The notes below the pieces were generated by a model that was not told where the DNA came from, did no database searches, and worked only from the letters and a program-made list of their open reading frames with translations. A program made the position numbers and the translations under genes. From positions 1,276,309 through 1,340,308 of the forward strand of contig DASPLQ010000012.1 of NCBI GenBank assembly GCA_035627515.1: a DNA stretch of 64,000 bases, in the 5' to 3' direction. Shown piece after piece: positions 37,030 to 47,343 of the stretch (position 1 is its first letter; each line of letters opens with the position of its first letter). This DNA comes from Vitreimonas sp. (GTDB taxonomy: Bacteria > Patescibacteriota > Microgenomatia > UBA1400 > PJMF01).

Positions 37030-38481
37030 ATGTCACCTCACCAAGTCCTTAAACAGTACTTTGGCTATGACGAGTTCAGGCCTGGGCAGTTGGAGATTAT
37101 TGAAACCATCATTAGTGGTCAAGATACCTTAGCACTGATGCCGACTGGCGGCGGGAAATCGCTGTGTTTTCAGGTACCGGGGTTGGTATTAGGAGGCACC
37201 ACCATCGTGGTCTCACCATTGATTTCATTGATGAAGGATCAGGTAGATACGCTGAATCGCAAAGGTGCCCGAGCTACTTATCTAAATAGCTCTTTGTCTG
37301 CTCCCGAAAATCAGCAACGGTTGGCAACATTTATTAATCAAGGTTATGACTTTGTGTATGTCGCTCCCGAAAGATTACTTAATCAAAAATTTATTGCCGC
37401 TTCACAGCAGGTCAAGATCAACTTAATTGCCATTGATGAAGCCCATTGCATCAGTCAGTGGGGTCATGATTTTAGGCCCGAGTACTACCAAATTCATGAG
37501 TACGTAAAAAAGTTGGTTCGGCGACCAGTCCTGGCGGCCTTTACTGCCACTGCTACTAAAGCCGTACAGGATGACATTGTTCACTCTTTGCAATTATCTA
37601 TACCTCGCATTTTTAGCCAGAGTTTTAGGAGAACGAACTTAAAATTAACCGTGGTGAAATGTCAAAATATGTTAGCCAAAGAGTTGTATTTGTTGTTTTT
37701 GCTGACCAAGTTTAAAGGCCAAACCGGCGTAATTTATGCTTCCACGCGCAAAAGTACCTTAGCAGTCAGTACATTCATCAATCAATTTTTTCCGGGTTCG
37801 GCGGTGGCATATCATGGGGGTCTAGATAGCGAAACTCGAGCGAGTATCCAAGAAGCTTTCTTGAATAATGACTATCAACTGATTGTGGCTACCAACGCCT
37901 TTGGCATGGGCGTGGATAAAGGTGATGTTAGATTTGTGATTCACTATCAAGTTCCCGGCAACTTGGAAAATTATTACCAAGAAGCGGGGAGAGGCGGCAG
38001 AGATGGCGAACGTGCTGAGTGTTATCTATTAATACATCCCAGTGACGCAAACATTCATCAGCAGTTTATCGGCGCTCTGCCACACCATCCTAAACACCTT
38101 CAGCTCTTACATCACAAATTAAAATCAATGCTCATGTTCACCCAGCTTGACGTTTGTCGAACTCAATTTTTACTTACTTATTTTGGGGAAAACACTCAGC
38201 TTAGTAATTGTGGCGCTTGTGATATCTGTCTTGGAGAAACGCTGCGCATCACCGTTGATCAACAACAATACTGGCAATTGTTACTCGCCTTCCGCTTGCA
38301 CTATAGCAAGATGATGGAGATTACTCCTACCGAAGTGATGCCTGAAACGGTGATGTATTATCTGACGTTACTTCAACCCACCACTCAGCAAGCATATGCC
38401 AAGATCCCCGGCATTGGGCAAGGATGGCTGGAAAAATGGTACTCGCCGTTAACAGATTTTCTTAACAATCACCCGCTTTAA
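37030..38481 (+). CDS. recQ: RecQ-family ATP-dependent DNA helicase (helicase core + RQC-like zinc region, no HRDC)
   Basis: Motif I TGGGKSL, motif II DEAHCISQWGHDFR, HYQVPGNLENYYQEAGRGGRDG, and the Cys-containing region CGACDIC are present. Confidence 0.9.
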   Translation: MSPHQVLKQYFGYDEFRPGQLEIIETIISGQDTLALMPTGGGKSLCFQVPGLVLGGTTIVVSPLISLMKDQVDTLNRKGARATYLNSSLSAPENQQRLATFINQGYDFVYVAPERLLNQKFIAASQQVKINLIAIDEAHCISQWGHDFRPEYYQIHEYVKKLVRRPVLAAFTATATKAVQDDIVHSLQLSIPRIFSQSFRRTNLKLTVVKCQNMLAKELYLLFLLTKFKGQTGVIYASTRKSTLAVSTFINQFFPGSAVAYHGGLDSETRASIQEAFLNNDYQLIVATNAFGMGVDKGDVRFVIHYQVPGNLENYYQEAGRGGRDGERAECYLLIHPSDANIHQQFIGALPHHPKHLQLLHHKLKSMLMFTQLDVCRTQFLLTYFGENTQLSNCGACDICLGETLRITVDQQQYWQLLLAFRLHYSKMMEITPTEVMPETVMYYLTLLQPTTQQAYAKIPGIGQGWLEKWYSPLTDFLNNHPL

Positions 38482-39277
38482 ACCATCCACTTTGCGTGGC
38501 TTCGACTTCACTGCAGAACCAACGTTCTCCTTTATTCTCATCTATTTTGACTAAATTATATTGAGGACATTGAGGCAAATGATACAGCTGTCCACGATCG
38601 GAAACATTGCCTTTGATGACACAACCATCGCTCAACTCGGCGGCATTGGAAGGCAGGGTTAAGCGTTCATCAGCTTGGTTAATTACGGTATTAATTTCTT
38701 CTAAATTGCGTGTCTCACAGCTGCCCCATAGTCCCATTGCGGCTTTTTGTGCGGTATCTTGAGCAGCTTTCAACTCGGGTTGGCGGCTGACATCTGGAGG
38801 ATAGCTACTGGCATAGGCATATCCCTGTTCTACTAAAGTTTTATTAATTAAAGTGCCCTCAAGCCACACATATCGCAATAATCGACCATACCGATCACTT
38901 TCACTGACGTCTTTTTCTAGTTGAATGACTTTACCAGCCACTAGTTCCTTATTTTTAGCACTGGCTTCTTTCCCGAAGCACTCTACACCTTTGGCTGGGT
39001 GACGAGTTTCCGGAGTATCAATGCCAATGTAACGGACTTTGCGCCCATCATTTAACTCGATGGTGTCACCATCAATGACCGTTTTTACCTGCACCGTTTC
39101 AAAACCTTGTTCGTCTTTTACACCCAGAACAGTTCGAGATGGAGAAAAGGTGGGGAGGACCAATGGCAGTGTGGAGCTTTCTTTCCAGGCAACAACAATG
39201 GTACCTAAGATCAAACCTACACCGATGCAAAAAACCATCCATGACTTGAGGCGACGTGAAAACAAAAAGCGAATCAT
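38462..39277 (-). CDS. Membrane-anchored thermonuclease (SNase-like) with C-terminal Cys-containing domain
   Basis: An N-terminal TM helix precedes the SNase motif VIDGDTIELNDGRKVRYIGIDTPE. The C-terminal domain has several Cys residues. Confidence 0.7.
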   Translation of the reverse strand: MIRFLFSRRLKSWMVFCIGVGLILGTIVVAWKESSTLPLVLPTFSPSRTVLGVKDEQGFETVQVKTVIDGDTIELNDGRKVRYIGIDTPETRHPAKGVECFGKEASAKNKELVAGKVIQLEKDVSESDRYGRLLRYVWLEGTLINKTLVEQGYAYASSYPPDVSRQPELKAAQDTAQKAAMGLWGSCETRNLEEINTVINQADERLTLPSNAAELSDGCVIKGNVSDRGQLYHLPQCPQYNLVKIDENKGERWFCSEVEATQSGWFKAGDC

Positions 39278-39309
39278 CCTACCAAGGTAGCGAAGTTTGA
39301 CCGAAAATA

Positions 39310-41202
39310 CTAGCCCAGCTCACAATTTTGATATAGTTTGCCATCTTTAAAACCACGTTTGCGATAGTACTCACGGGTACCAATGGCAGAAATGACAGCT
39401 AATTCTGGGAAATAAGCTTGGTGTGCTAACTCTTTAGCTCGCTCAATTAATCGTGTGCCTAAGCCTAAATGTTGAGCCCGACCCTGCGCTTTATCACCGA
39501 CGTCTACCGCTTGGCCATAAACATGGACTTCACGGATGATCGCAGCTTGTTTTAATTCTTCCACAAACGAGGGCTGCTTGGGCAAACTCAGGCGCAAAAA
39601 AGCCGCAATCTGATGTGTCTCTTTTATCACATACTGCAGAAAGATTTCGGTACTGACGGCGGTGTCATACTTGATTTCATCCAGCTCTAAATCTTCAAAC
39701 ACAAACTGAGTATTCTTGATCTCACGAGCCCGGATATCCTGCGATCGTTCGCCGGCAGTAGCTAATTTCTGTTCAGCGATTTGGCGAAAATTGGTTAATT
39801 TATTACCGACTACAATGTCAGTGGAAGGAATATCTCGGATGACGCGAGTTAACCGACAATACTGCGGCGTTTGTTGCAAACAAAAGGTCAGGACATCTAA
39901 TAATTCTTCGTACGTATACGGTTGCCATTTGCCTGCTTGGTAGTACTGCATTAACTCAGCACTTTCAATCAATGAACAGGGATAAATTTTTAATTCATCG
40001 GGTTTAAAATCAGGGTCGCTAAAGAGAGTCAGATAATCTTGTTTATCAAGCTCTACTGAGGAACCGTAGAGATTAGCCATCCAGTGAGCATGAATTTTAA
40101 AGCCAGCTTGACGCAATAAATTGACAGCACGGCGAGTAGCAGCCACATCGTGACCACGCTTATTCTTTGTCAGGACCTCATCACTTAAACTTTGAAAACC
40201 AATCTGGGTTTTGGTGCACCCCAAACGACGCACCCGCAACACCTCAGCCTCAGAAATATTATCGGGGCGCGTCTCGATCACCAAACCCACCGAACGGCTA
40301 GCAGCGGTCTCATTAATTTTTTGTTCGCTCTCTAACTCTTCCCAGGTAGCTGATTGATACTTATCAAATCCGGCCAAACGCTCCGGAGCTACATACAACT
40401 CAGAGATAGCTTGGTTATAGGTTTTATGAAAGTGTTCACCTTGGATTTGTTGTGAGGCTAATTGTTGTTTATTCTGTGCTGGATTATTGGAAGGCGCATG
40501 ACGCTGCATATTTTGGAACGTACTCGACATTTGTTGATAGCGCTCTTCAATAGCGATTCGATCATCTTTAATCCCAAACTCATTCAAGGCTCGCAGACAC
40601 TCTTTGATAAACCAAATTTGGTAGCTTTCAGGATAATATGACCAGGTTCCACCTAAAACAATTAGCTCAACCTTATCTACCGAGTGACCAATATTTTGAA
40701 AAGCTTGGAGACGATTATAGGTTTGGAGGTAGGGATCGAAGTAGTTACGCTCGGCTCGCTGCGCGCCGGGTTCATCTGATAAATAGCTCTTAGGCATGCG
40801 GATATCGTTGGGACAAAAAATACACGTCCCTGGACAAGGGAAAGGCTTAGTCAGGACAGTGACTGGCGTCACACCAGACATAGTCCGAATTGGTTTCATA
40901 GTCAAGTAATGAAGGATTTTTTCTTGAGTGGGTTGCAAACCTTGAGTACCAGCCAGCTCTCGATAAGCTTTCAATAACTCATCTTTGGAAAAAACCGCTT
41001 TGTCAGGTTTGGGATATTTTTTGGTAATCTTCCGGACGCTGGCTTCAGTGAATTTATCCAGCTTTTCCAACTCGCTTAAAAGGGGAAGTAGCTGATCAAG
41101 ATGGAGCTGATACTCAAAGTGATAAGATGTCATGAAAGGTGTATTATAGCCTGGAACCATATGACCCAGCAAACTATCCGCACCTTGAACGCACTTAATC
41201 AA
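39310..41202 (-). CDS. Elp3 homologue (radical SAM + GNAT acetyltransferase; tRNA U34 carboxymethyl-type modification enzyme)
   Basis: The radical SAM cluster reads KPFPCPGTCIFCPND...SYLSDEPGAQRA...DPYLQ, matching the Elp3 pattern KP..CP..G.C.YCPGG...SY...EP...RA...DPY.Q. The C-terminal GNAT fold (HLGLGTRLIERAKELA, YRKRGF) is present. The 630-aa length leaves an N-terminal extension of about 100 aa. Confidence 0.8.
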   Translation of the reverse strand: MIKCVQGADSLLGHMVPGYNTPFMTSYHFEYQLHLDQLLPLLSELEKLDKFTEASVRKITKKYPKPDKAVFSKDELLKAYRELAGTQGLQPTQEKILHYLTMKPIRTMSGVTPVTVLTKPFPCPGTCIFCPNDIRMPKSYLSDEPGAQRAERNYFDPYLQTYNRLQAFQNIGHSVDKVELIVLGGTWSYYPESYQIWFIKECLRALNEFGIKDDRIAIEERYQQMSSTFQNMQRHAPSNNPAQNKQQLASQQIQGEHFHKTYNQAISELYVAPERLAGFDKYQSATWEELESEQKINETAASRSVGLVIETRPDNISEAEVLRVRRLGCTKTQIGFQSLSDEVLTKNKRGHDVAATRRAVNLLRQAGFKIHAHWMANLYGSSVELDKQDYLTLFSDPDFKPDELKIYPCSLIESAELMQYYQAGKWQPYTYEELLDVLTFCLQQTPQYCRLTRVIRDIPSTDIVVGNKLTNFRQIAEQKLATAGERSQDIRAREIKNTQFVFEDLELDEIKYDTAVSTEIFLQYVIKETHQIAAFLRLSLPKQPSFVEELKQAAIIREVHVYGQAVDVGDKAQGRAQHLGLGTRLIERAKELAHQAYFPELAVISAIGTREYYRKRGFKDGKLYQNCELG

Positions 41203-41907
41203 CAGTTTTACCTCACCGTGGCCGATGATTTTGCTGATTCACGGCAGTACTTTTGGGAAGGCTGGGAGCAGACGTTACCACATTTGGGCAGTGAGCCCTT
41301 GCGTGTCATTGACCTGGGGTGTGGCACCGGTCGATTTGGTGTTTTTCTAGCTGAAAAAAAAGCCTCCTCGTTTCATTATGTAGGGATTGATAATAACCAG
41401 ACTCTGCTCGATAAAGCTCAGACTGCGTTACAAGCTTCATCTCTGTCGTATGAGTTACACTTTTTAGACCTGGTGGAAAATCTTCTTACCGGCACCCTTA
41501 ATTCAGTTTTAAATTCAGTCCAACCAACTACCATTGTGGCCTTTGGAGTCCTTCATCACATACCCAGCTTTGCACTCAGACAACAGTTTCTCCGTGAGTG
41601 TGCTCAGGCTTTACCAGCAGGGGGGGAACTTATCGTGGCAGCCTGGCAGTTTCTAGACAGCCCTCGCTTAACACAACGGATAGTAAAACCTGAAACACTC
41701 GGCATTGCCACCTCAGACCTAGAAGAGAATGATTACATTTTAGACTGGCAGCGGGGACCAAGGGCTTATCGCTACTGCCATCAAGTGACTCCTGATGAGA
41801 TGCAAGCATTACTGGCTGAGCTGCCGCTGCGTGTTGGTCACCACTTTCGCGCCGACGGCCAACCCACCCCGCTCAACCATTACTGGTTACTCGAGTCTGT
41901 AATCTAA
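41161..41907 (+). CDS. Class I SAM-dependent methyltransferase, Trm9-like N-terminal region (tentative)
   Basis: FYLTVADDFADSRQYFWEGW...VIDLGCGTGRF parallels the Trm9 N-terminus (YVHKVYDEIAPHFSQTRYKPWP...GIDVGCGNGKY). The ORF opens at 41101, and the Met at 41161 is the likely start. Confidence 0.55.
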   Translation: MTQQTIRTLNALNQQFYLTVADDFADSRQYFWEGWEQTLPHLGSEPLRVIDLGCGTGRFGVFLAEKKASSFHYVGIDNNQTLLDKAQTALQASSLSYELHFLDLVENLLTGTLNSVLNSVQPTTIVAFGVLHHIPSFALRQQFLRECAQALPAGGELIVAAWQFLDSPRLTQRIVKPETLGIATSDLEENDYILDWQRGPRAYRYCHQVTPDEMQALLAELPLRVGHHFRADGQPTPLNHYWLLESVI

Positions 41908-41949
41908 ATTATTCTCTTTGAAGGAAAAAGGAGTAGAATCACTACTGGC

Positions 41950-42408
41950 ATGAAAGTCTTTCTCTCGTTAGCTTTGATTGTTTTCTCAATAGTAGGCCTG
42001 GCTGATTCGAGTTATATCACCTACGAAGAACTCAGTGGCCATATTCCGGTCTGTGGGGCAGGGTTTGACTGTGGGCAGGTATTAAATAGCCCATGGGCGT
42101 GGATTGGGCCAATGCCATTGTCAGCGCTGGGCATGGTTTATTACGCCACGGTATTATGTTTAGCGATCGCTTATTTTTTGGAATGGGATTGGGGACAGCT
42201 GGTTGCCAACCGCACCGGGTGGCTTATTCCTAGTGAACGGTGGCTACTGCTATTAACCAGCACTGGTTTTTTGTTCTCACTCTTTTTGATCGGGTTAATG
42301 GCCTGGGTAATTGAAGCCTGGTGCCTCTTTTGTTTATTCTCAGCTGCTTCATCGACAGCGTTATTTATCGTTAGTATTGGTTTACAACGTTATGCAACCC
42401 GCTCTTAG
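41950..42408 (+). CDS. VKOR-family (vitamin K epoxide reductase-like) membrane thiol oxidoreductase
   Basis: A loop Cys pair (CGAGFDC) and a membrane-embedded CLFC CxxC motif in the last helix are present. The protein is 152 aa with 4 TM helices. Confidence 0.6.
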   Translation: MKVFLSLALIVFSIVGLADSSYITYEELSGHIPVCGAGFDCGQVLNSPWAWIGPMPLSALGMVYYATVLCLAIAYFLEWDWGQLVANRTGWLIPSERWLLLLTSTGFLFSLFLIGLMAWVIEAWCLFCLFSAASSTALFIVSIGLQRYATRS

Positions 42409-43480
42409 CTCCACTACTGCCTTTTTATATCAGCGTTTATTTAAGCCGGTGGTATTTTTAATGGATCCTGAGTTTATTCACAATCAACATGCGCTTTTTG
42501 GAGTTCAGTTAGGTAAGGTGGGACCAGCTAAAAACATGCTGTCGTGGTTATGGTCGTATCAAAACCCTAAACTTCAGCGAACTTTAGATGGGATTATGTT
42601 TCCTAATCCGGTAGGGTTGGCAGCTGGCTTTGATTACAATGGCGATTTAACAGGCATTTTACCGGCAGTCGGTTTTGGCTTTCACAGCATTGGCACAGTC
42701 ACCTTAAACGCCTATGAGGGCAATCCTGCACCTCGACTCGGTCGCTTTCCAGGCTCGAAAGCACTGCTCGTAAATAAAGGTCTCAAAAACCTAGGCGCCG
42801 AAAAAATTATTGATAAGCTCTCTCATCTCCCTCAACCCGCATTTAGTATTCCTACGGGAATTAGTATTGCCAGCACCAACCGAGCGTATAAGAATGATAC
42901 GGAACAAATTAAAGAAATTATCAAATGTTTTCAGTTGTTTGAAGCTTCGTCACTTTCTCATGCTTACTACGAGCTCAACATCAGTTGTCCTAATACTTTT
43001 GGCGGCGAACCTTTCACCACGTGTCCACGACTAGAGGAACTTTTGCAAGCCATGGATAAATTAAACTTACGCAAGCCGCTGTATGTAAAAATGCCGATTG
43101 ATCAGGAGGAAGAAGAATCATTTCAATTATTAAAAGTGATTGCTAAACATAATACTCAGGGTTTAATCTTGGGAAACCTAACGAAAGATAAAAATAATCC
43201 TGCCCTTACCAAAGCAGATCTTAAAAAATGGCGACAGTCAGCTGGAAATGTCAGTGGCAAACCTACCTGGAATCGATCCAACCGTTTAATTAAGTTAGCC
43301 CGAAGCAAATATAAAAATCGTTTTACTTTAATTGGCACCGGGGGAGTGTTCAGTGGCAAAGACGCTCAGCATAAACTCAATCTAGGTGCTGATTTAGTAC
43401 AATTGATTACGGGAATGATTTTCCAAGGCCCTCAACTCATTGGGCAGATTAACCAGTATTTAGCAAAAAATGTGCGCTAA
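42392..43480 (+). CDS. pyrD: Dihydroorotate dehydrogenase (quinone), class 2
   Basis: FPNPVGLAAGFDYNGD and NISCPNT are present, and the N-terminal amphipathic segment is typical of class 2. The ORF opens at 42311, and the Met at 42392 matches the PyrD N-terminus (LDPE.IH). Confidence 0.75.
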   Translation: MQPALSSTTAFLYQRLFKPVVFLMDPEFIHNQHALFGVQLGKVGPAKNMLSWLWSYQNPKLQRTLDGIMFPNPVGLAAGFDYNGDLTGILPAVGFGFHSIGTVTLNAYEGNPAPRLGRFPGSKALLVNKGLKNLGAEKIIDKLSHLPQPAFSIPTGISIASTNRAYKNDTEQIKEIIKCFQLFEASSLSHAYYELNISCPNTFGGEPFTTCPRLEELLQAMDKLNLRKPLYVKMPIDQEEEESFQLLKVIAKHNTQGLILGNLTKDKNNPALTKADLKKWRQSAGNVSGKPTWNRSNRLIKLARSKYKNRFTLIGTGGVFSGKDAQHKLNLGADLVQLITGMIFQGPQLIGQINQYLAKNVR

Positions 43481-43486
43481 CTCAGC

Positions 43487-44014
43487 CTAGACAATCTGAT
43501 CGATGGTGGCCCCAATCACATACGCTACCAAAGCTGCCAACGCGCCAATTCCTAATACTTCAAGACCATTTTTCCACCAGGTGCCCTTAGTAAAAATGGT
43601 TCGTAACGAACCGACCAAAAATAGTGCAAAAGCTGTGGCTACGATTGAAGCAAATAATTGATGACGCGTAGCTAAATCCCACCCAAACCACTGCAGCACA
43701 TAAGGAACCAAGGGTAATGAGCCGGCAATCACAAAGGAAATAAAAGTAATCAATCCTGTTAACCACACAGCCCGTGCCAACGGCAAGCCCGTTGTTTGAG
43801 CTGTTAGCCGAGCTTCTGAGCGTTCACCTAAGTAATCACCAATTCCCATACTAAAACCATCAGCGATTAAGTTGGCTACGCCTAGAATTAGTACAATTCG
43901 CGGTTCCAAGCCTGCTCCAGCCACACCAGCCACCACCGCGAAAGTGGTGATAATGCCATCATTAGCGCCATAAACTGCAGCCTTCAATAAACCAGGCGTG
44001 TGAGAATTATTCAT
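43487..44014 (-). CDS. VIT1/CCC1-family (nodulin-like) metal transporter, short form
   Basis: The N-terminus reads [23 protein letters not shown], typical of the VIT family, and there are 3-4 TM helices. Confidence 0.6.
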   Translation of the reverse strand: MNNSHTPGLLKAAVYGANDGIITTFAVVAGVAGAGLEPRIVLILGVANLIADGFSMGIGDYLGERSEARLTAQTTGLPLARAVWLTGLITFISFVIAGSLPLVPYVLQWFGWDLATRHQLFASIVATAFALFLVGSLRTIFTKGTWWKNGLEVLGIGALAALVAYVIGATIDQIV

Positions 44015-44019
44015 AAGCT

Positions 44020-45255
44020 TTACCTTTCACCGAGTATAACCCGAGCCGCTAGAGTTGAGCTAGCCTCAGGTAAAAACATAGCCTTAAATCGCTTGGCAGC
44101 TTCTACATACTGTTCACGAGAATGTAGTACTTTTTCTACCGTAGTGATAACCTGTTCCACATCAATTTGCTCACCTAAGTTCTGGAACCCCGCCCAATCA
44201 CCAGTAATAAGTGTCCTGAAAAGTGACCATTTAAAACTCAAACATGATTTCACCATACCCAATTCTTGAAAACGGAATGAATGTAAAACTTGATCAGGAT
44301 TAAAGGGAATGGCGATGGCAGGGGTGAGGTTTTCAATCGCTTGCATCATCGTGCCATAACCACCGTGACAAACGACTGCATCCATCCGGCGAGCGACTTC
44401 GTCGCCGGGCAAGTAGGGAAATACAAATAAGTTGGGTAGGTGTTCAAAGTCAGTAGGTTGAGCAATATTACTGGAACTAACTACGACCTGATAGCCCTTT
44501 TTAGCCAGGGTATTACTCAATAAAATTAATTTTCGAGGATCAAAACCAGTGCCCCCAAAAGAAATGTAAATTGTCTGGCCAGTACGACGAAGATCTTTGA
44601 GTTCTGGTGGCAGGGGAGTATTAAAGCCTTGCCAACTCAATGAACCAACATAATTTAGAGCCAAATCTTTACGCTCAGCCGGCAAATAGCTGGGAATTTC
44701 TGGAATGATGTAGGTTACCTTCAAAAACAACTCATTTAAATTTACTGCCAGCTGTAACTCATCAGCCGCCGCTTGAATCGAGTTTAAGTACGGTTGCTTT
44801 AATTTCCAAATGATTTTTTTGAGCATAGAGGTAGTTAGAACATGAAGAGGCTGGGGCAAACCAGGATTGGGAAGGTAACAACCTTCAGGTAATCCACCGC
44901 TACCAGTAATCACAAAAAGTCGTTTTTTTAGAGCCGCAGCAGCTATTAATGCGGACAATCTAAAGTCCACCACCACAACATCTGGCTGCACTTTTTCAAT
45001 GAGCGCCATCTCGGCTTGAATCATTCTTTTTAACAGCGGAACATCTAAGAATGCTTCCACCACTTGAGCATCATTTTTTTCGGTATAAGCAGGAATATCT
45101 ACTAACTCGACGGGGGAGTTGCTGATAAGACGGTGTTTAAAAGCAGGCACAGCCATGATCGCTTCATGACCTTGAAAATTAATCGCTTCAGCTACAGCCA
45201 ACGACCGAGTCACATGGGCCAAACCAACTTCGGTGGGAAAGAAAAGGACTTTCAT
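44020..45255 (-). CDS. GT1-family glycosyltransferase (MGT/UGT-like, GT-B fold)
   Basis: The N-terminus reads G.AHV, and the C-terminal nucleotide-sugar-binding motif is [12 protein letters not shown]. Confidence 0.7.
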   Translation of the reverse strand: MKVLFFPTEVGLAHVTRSLAVAEAINFQGHEAIMAVPAFKHRLISNSPVELVDIPAYTEKNDAQVVEAFLDVPLLKRMIQAEMALIEKVQPDVVVVDFRLSALIAAAALKKRLFVITGSGGLPEGCYLPNPGLPQPLHVLTTSMLKKIIWKLKQPYLNSIQAAADELQLAVNLNELFLKVTYIIPEIPSYLPAERKDLALNYVGSLSWQGFNTPLPPELKDLRRTGQTIYISFGGTGFDPRKLILLSNTLAKKGYQVVVSSSNIAQPTDFEHLPNLFVFPYLPGDEVARRMDAVVCHGGYGTMMQAIENLTPAIAIPFNPDQVLHSFRFQELGMVKSCLSFKWSLFRTLITGDWAGFQNLGEQIDVEQVITTVEKVLHSREQYVEAAKRFKAMFLPEASSTLAARVILGER

Positions 45256-45328
45256 AAAGTGTGAACGTCATTTAAAGATGACACTTTTGCGAAGAAATGT
45301 AAACTTTAAATGACGAACCTTTACAGTA

Positions 45329-45598
45329 TTAGCGCTTCACCCACCACCTTTTAACTACCGGCCAACTCAATGTCGACAAAGTAAACCCAACTGAGGGAAT
45401 GACAGCATTGAGCAAGAAATCAGTGACACCAATTGCCCACATATAGGAGCCCAAAATTAAATAAGTAGAAACTAAAATTAACAAAAAGCGGGTCCAACTG
45501 CCCTCCCAAGCTTTATCGAGCTCAACCCGTCGATTGCGAACCTCAATACTGGCTATTCGTTTTTCTAGTCTTTGGAGTTGTTCAGATGTGTTCATCAC
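45329..45598 (-). CDS. Small hypothetical membrane protein
   Basis: The 89-aa ORF has an N-terminal charged helix and two TM segments. It is antisense to the extended 5' end of the next ORF, so it is marginal. Confidence 0.3.
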   Translation of the reverse strand: MMNTSEQLQRLEKRIASIEVRNRRVELDKAWEGSWTRFLLILVSTYLILGSYMWAIGVTDFLLNAVIPSVGFTLSTLSWPVVKRWWVKR

Positions 45599-45623
45599 TC
45601 AATTATACGGTATACTATTCACC

Positions 45624-46577
45624 ATGCGTTCTGTGATTGAAGTCGAAAATTTAGTCAAAAAATACAAAACCTCTGACAAAGCGGCTGTTAACGATGTGTC
45701 GTTTAACGTGCAGGAAGGTGAGTTCTTTACCTTTTTGGGACCTAACGGAGCTGGTAAAACTACCACTATCTCAATTTTGAACACTACCTTAGCTAAAAGC
45801 AGTGGGCGTGTGATGATCGCGGGCCATGATATAGATAAACATCCCCTCAAAGTTCGCCAGAACATTGGCGTCATTTTCCAAACACCTAGTTTGGATAGCA
45901 ACCTCACTGCCGAAGAAAATATTCGTTTTCATGCGACTTTATATGGGGTGTTTCCCTTTTCACCATTATATTCATTAATGCCACAGTCATATAAAAAAAA
46001 GGTCGATGAATTAGCCTCCATTCTCGGCATTCAAGATACGTTACACCAACCCATCAAAACTTTTTCCGGCGGCATGAAACGAAAACTAGAGATCATCAGA
46101 GGCTTAATTCATAGTCCTAAAGTTTTATTCTTAGATGAGCCTACCACCGGACTTGATCCCGAAAGTCGTAAAAACTTGTGGGAGTACTTAAAAACGGTTC
46201 GCAAAAACACCCAAACGACCATCTTTTTAACAACTCATTATTTAGAAGAAGCAGAAAATTCGGATCGCGTTTGTATTATTACTAATGGCCAAATTGCTTC
46301 ACTCTCTACACCCGAAAAACTCAAACGCAGTTTAGTGACTGAAAAACTGATTGTCGATGCCGACGATCGTCCAGCTCTCTTGGCCCAACTCAAAAAATTA
46401 AAACTGGCACCAGTAGGCGATGGACCATTTACCCTCAATTTACGTAATGAAAGCGTGCAAGAAATTATTGCTCAACTGAGCAAAGCCAAAATTAAATTAA
46501 GTGTTTTACGGACTCAAACGCCAACTTTAGAAGAAGCTTATTTAGCCGTGGTGGAAAAAAATCATGCCCATTCTTAA
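45624..46577 (+). CDS. ABC transporter ATP-binding protein
   Basis: The Walker A motif GPNGAGKTT, the signature SGGMKRKLE and the Walker B motif LFLDEPT are present. The ORF opens at 45534, and the Met at 45624 immediately precedes the conserved core. Confidence 0.85.
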   Translation: MRSVIEVENLVKKYKTSDKAAVNDVSFNVQEGEFFTFLGPNGAGKTTTISILNTTLAKSSGRVMIAGHDIDKHPLKVRQNIGVIFQTPSLDSNLTAEENIRFHATLYGVFPFSPLYSLMPQSYKKKVDELASILGIQDTLHQPIKTFSGGMKRKLEIIRGLIHSPKVLFLDEPTTGLDPESRKNLWEYLKTVRKNTQTTIFLTTHYLEEAENSDRVCIITNGQIASLSTPEKLKRSLVTEKLIVDADDRPALLAQLKKLKLAPVGDGPFTLNLRNESVQEIIAQLSKAKIKLSVLRTQTPTLEEAYLAVVEKNHAHS

Positions 46578-47343
46578 TGCTTTAATTACTATTGCCGCTC
46601 GTGATGTCTTGAAATTACTTAAAGACCGCTCACGGTTGATTGCTTCCTTTATTTTTCCACTTATTTTTATTGGCGCGCTTGGTGGCAGCTTAGATGCTAA
46701 CTTATCGAATAGTGCAGGTTATGATTTCTTATTGTTTGTCTTTACTGGTGTGATTGGTCAAAGTATGTTTCAATCCACAGCATCAGGGATCATTTCCTTG
46801 ATTGAAGACAAACAAACAGACTTTGCCCAAGAGCTATTTGTAGCTCCCATCCCACGGTGGGTAATAGTGCTAGGAAAAATTATTGGTGAGTCAATTGTCT
46901 CACTCCTTCAATTAATTAGTATCATTTTAGTTGGTATGTTGATGGGTATTTTTATTGCCCCACAAACTTGGTTGATTTTAATTCCTGTGGCTGCCATCTG
47001 TTGTTTGATGGGAGGCGCTTTTGGTACCTTTGTGATGGCCAACATGAGTGACCAACGCAAGGCTAACCAATTATTTCCTTTTTTAATTTTTCCTCAGTTC
47101 TTCTTAGCTGGTGTTTTTTCACCAATTAAAGAATTGCCGTGGTACTTATGGATCTTATCCCGCATTGCTCCCATGACGTATGCTGTCGATCTATTTCGTT
47201 CGGTTTATTACTGGGGCAGACCTGAATACGATAAAGTAGTACTCTTTGATCCCTGGGTTAATTTGCTGGTCGCCGCAGTCATGTTTGTGGTGATGATGGG
47301 TGTGGGCACCTACTTTTTTGTCAAAAACGAACGTGAACGATAA
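46564..47343 (+). CDS. ABC-2 type transporter permease
   Basis: It has six TM helices and overlaps the upstream ATPase. Confidence 0.65.
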   Translation: MPILNALITIAARDVLKLLKDRSRLIASFIFPLIFIGALGGSLDANLSNSAGYDFLLFVFTGVIGQSMFQSTASGIISLIEDKQTDFAQELFVAPIPRWVIVLGKIIGESIVSLLQLISIILVGMLMGIFIAPQTWLILIPVAAICCLMGGAFGTFVMANMSDQRKANQLFPFLIFPQFFLAGVFSPIKELPWYLWILSRIAPMTYAVDLFRSVYYWGRPEYDKVVLFDPWVNLLVAAVMFVVMMGVGTYFFVKNERER

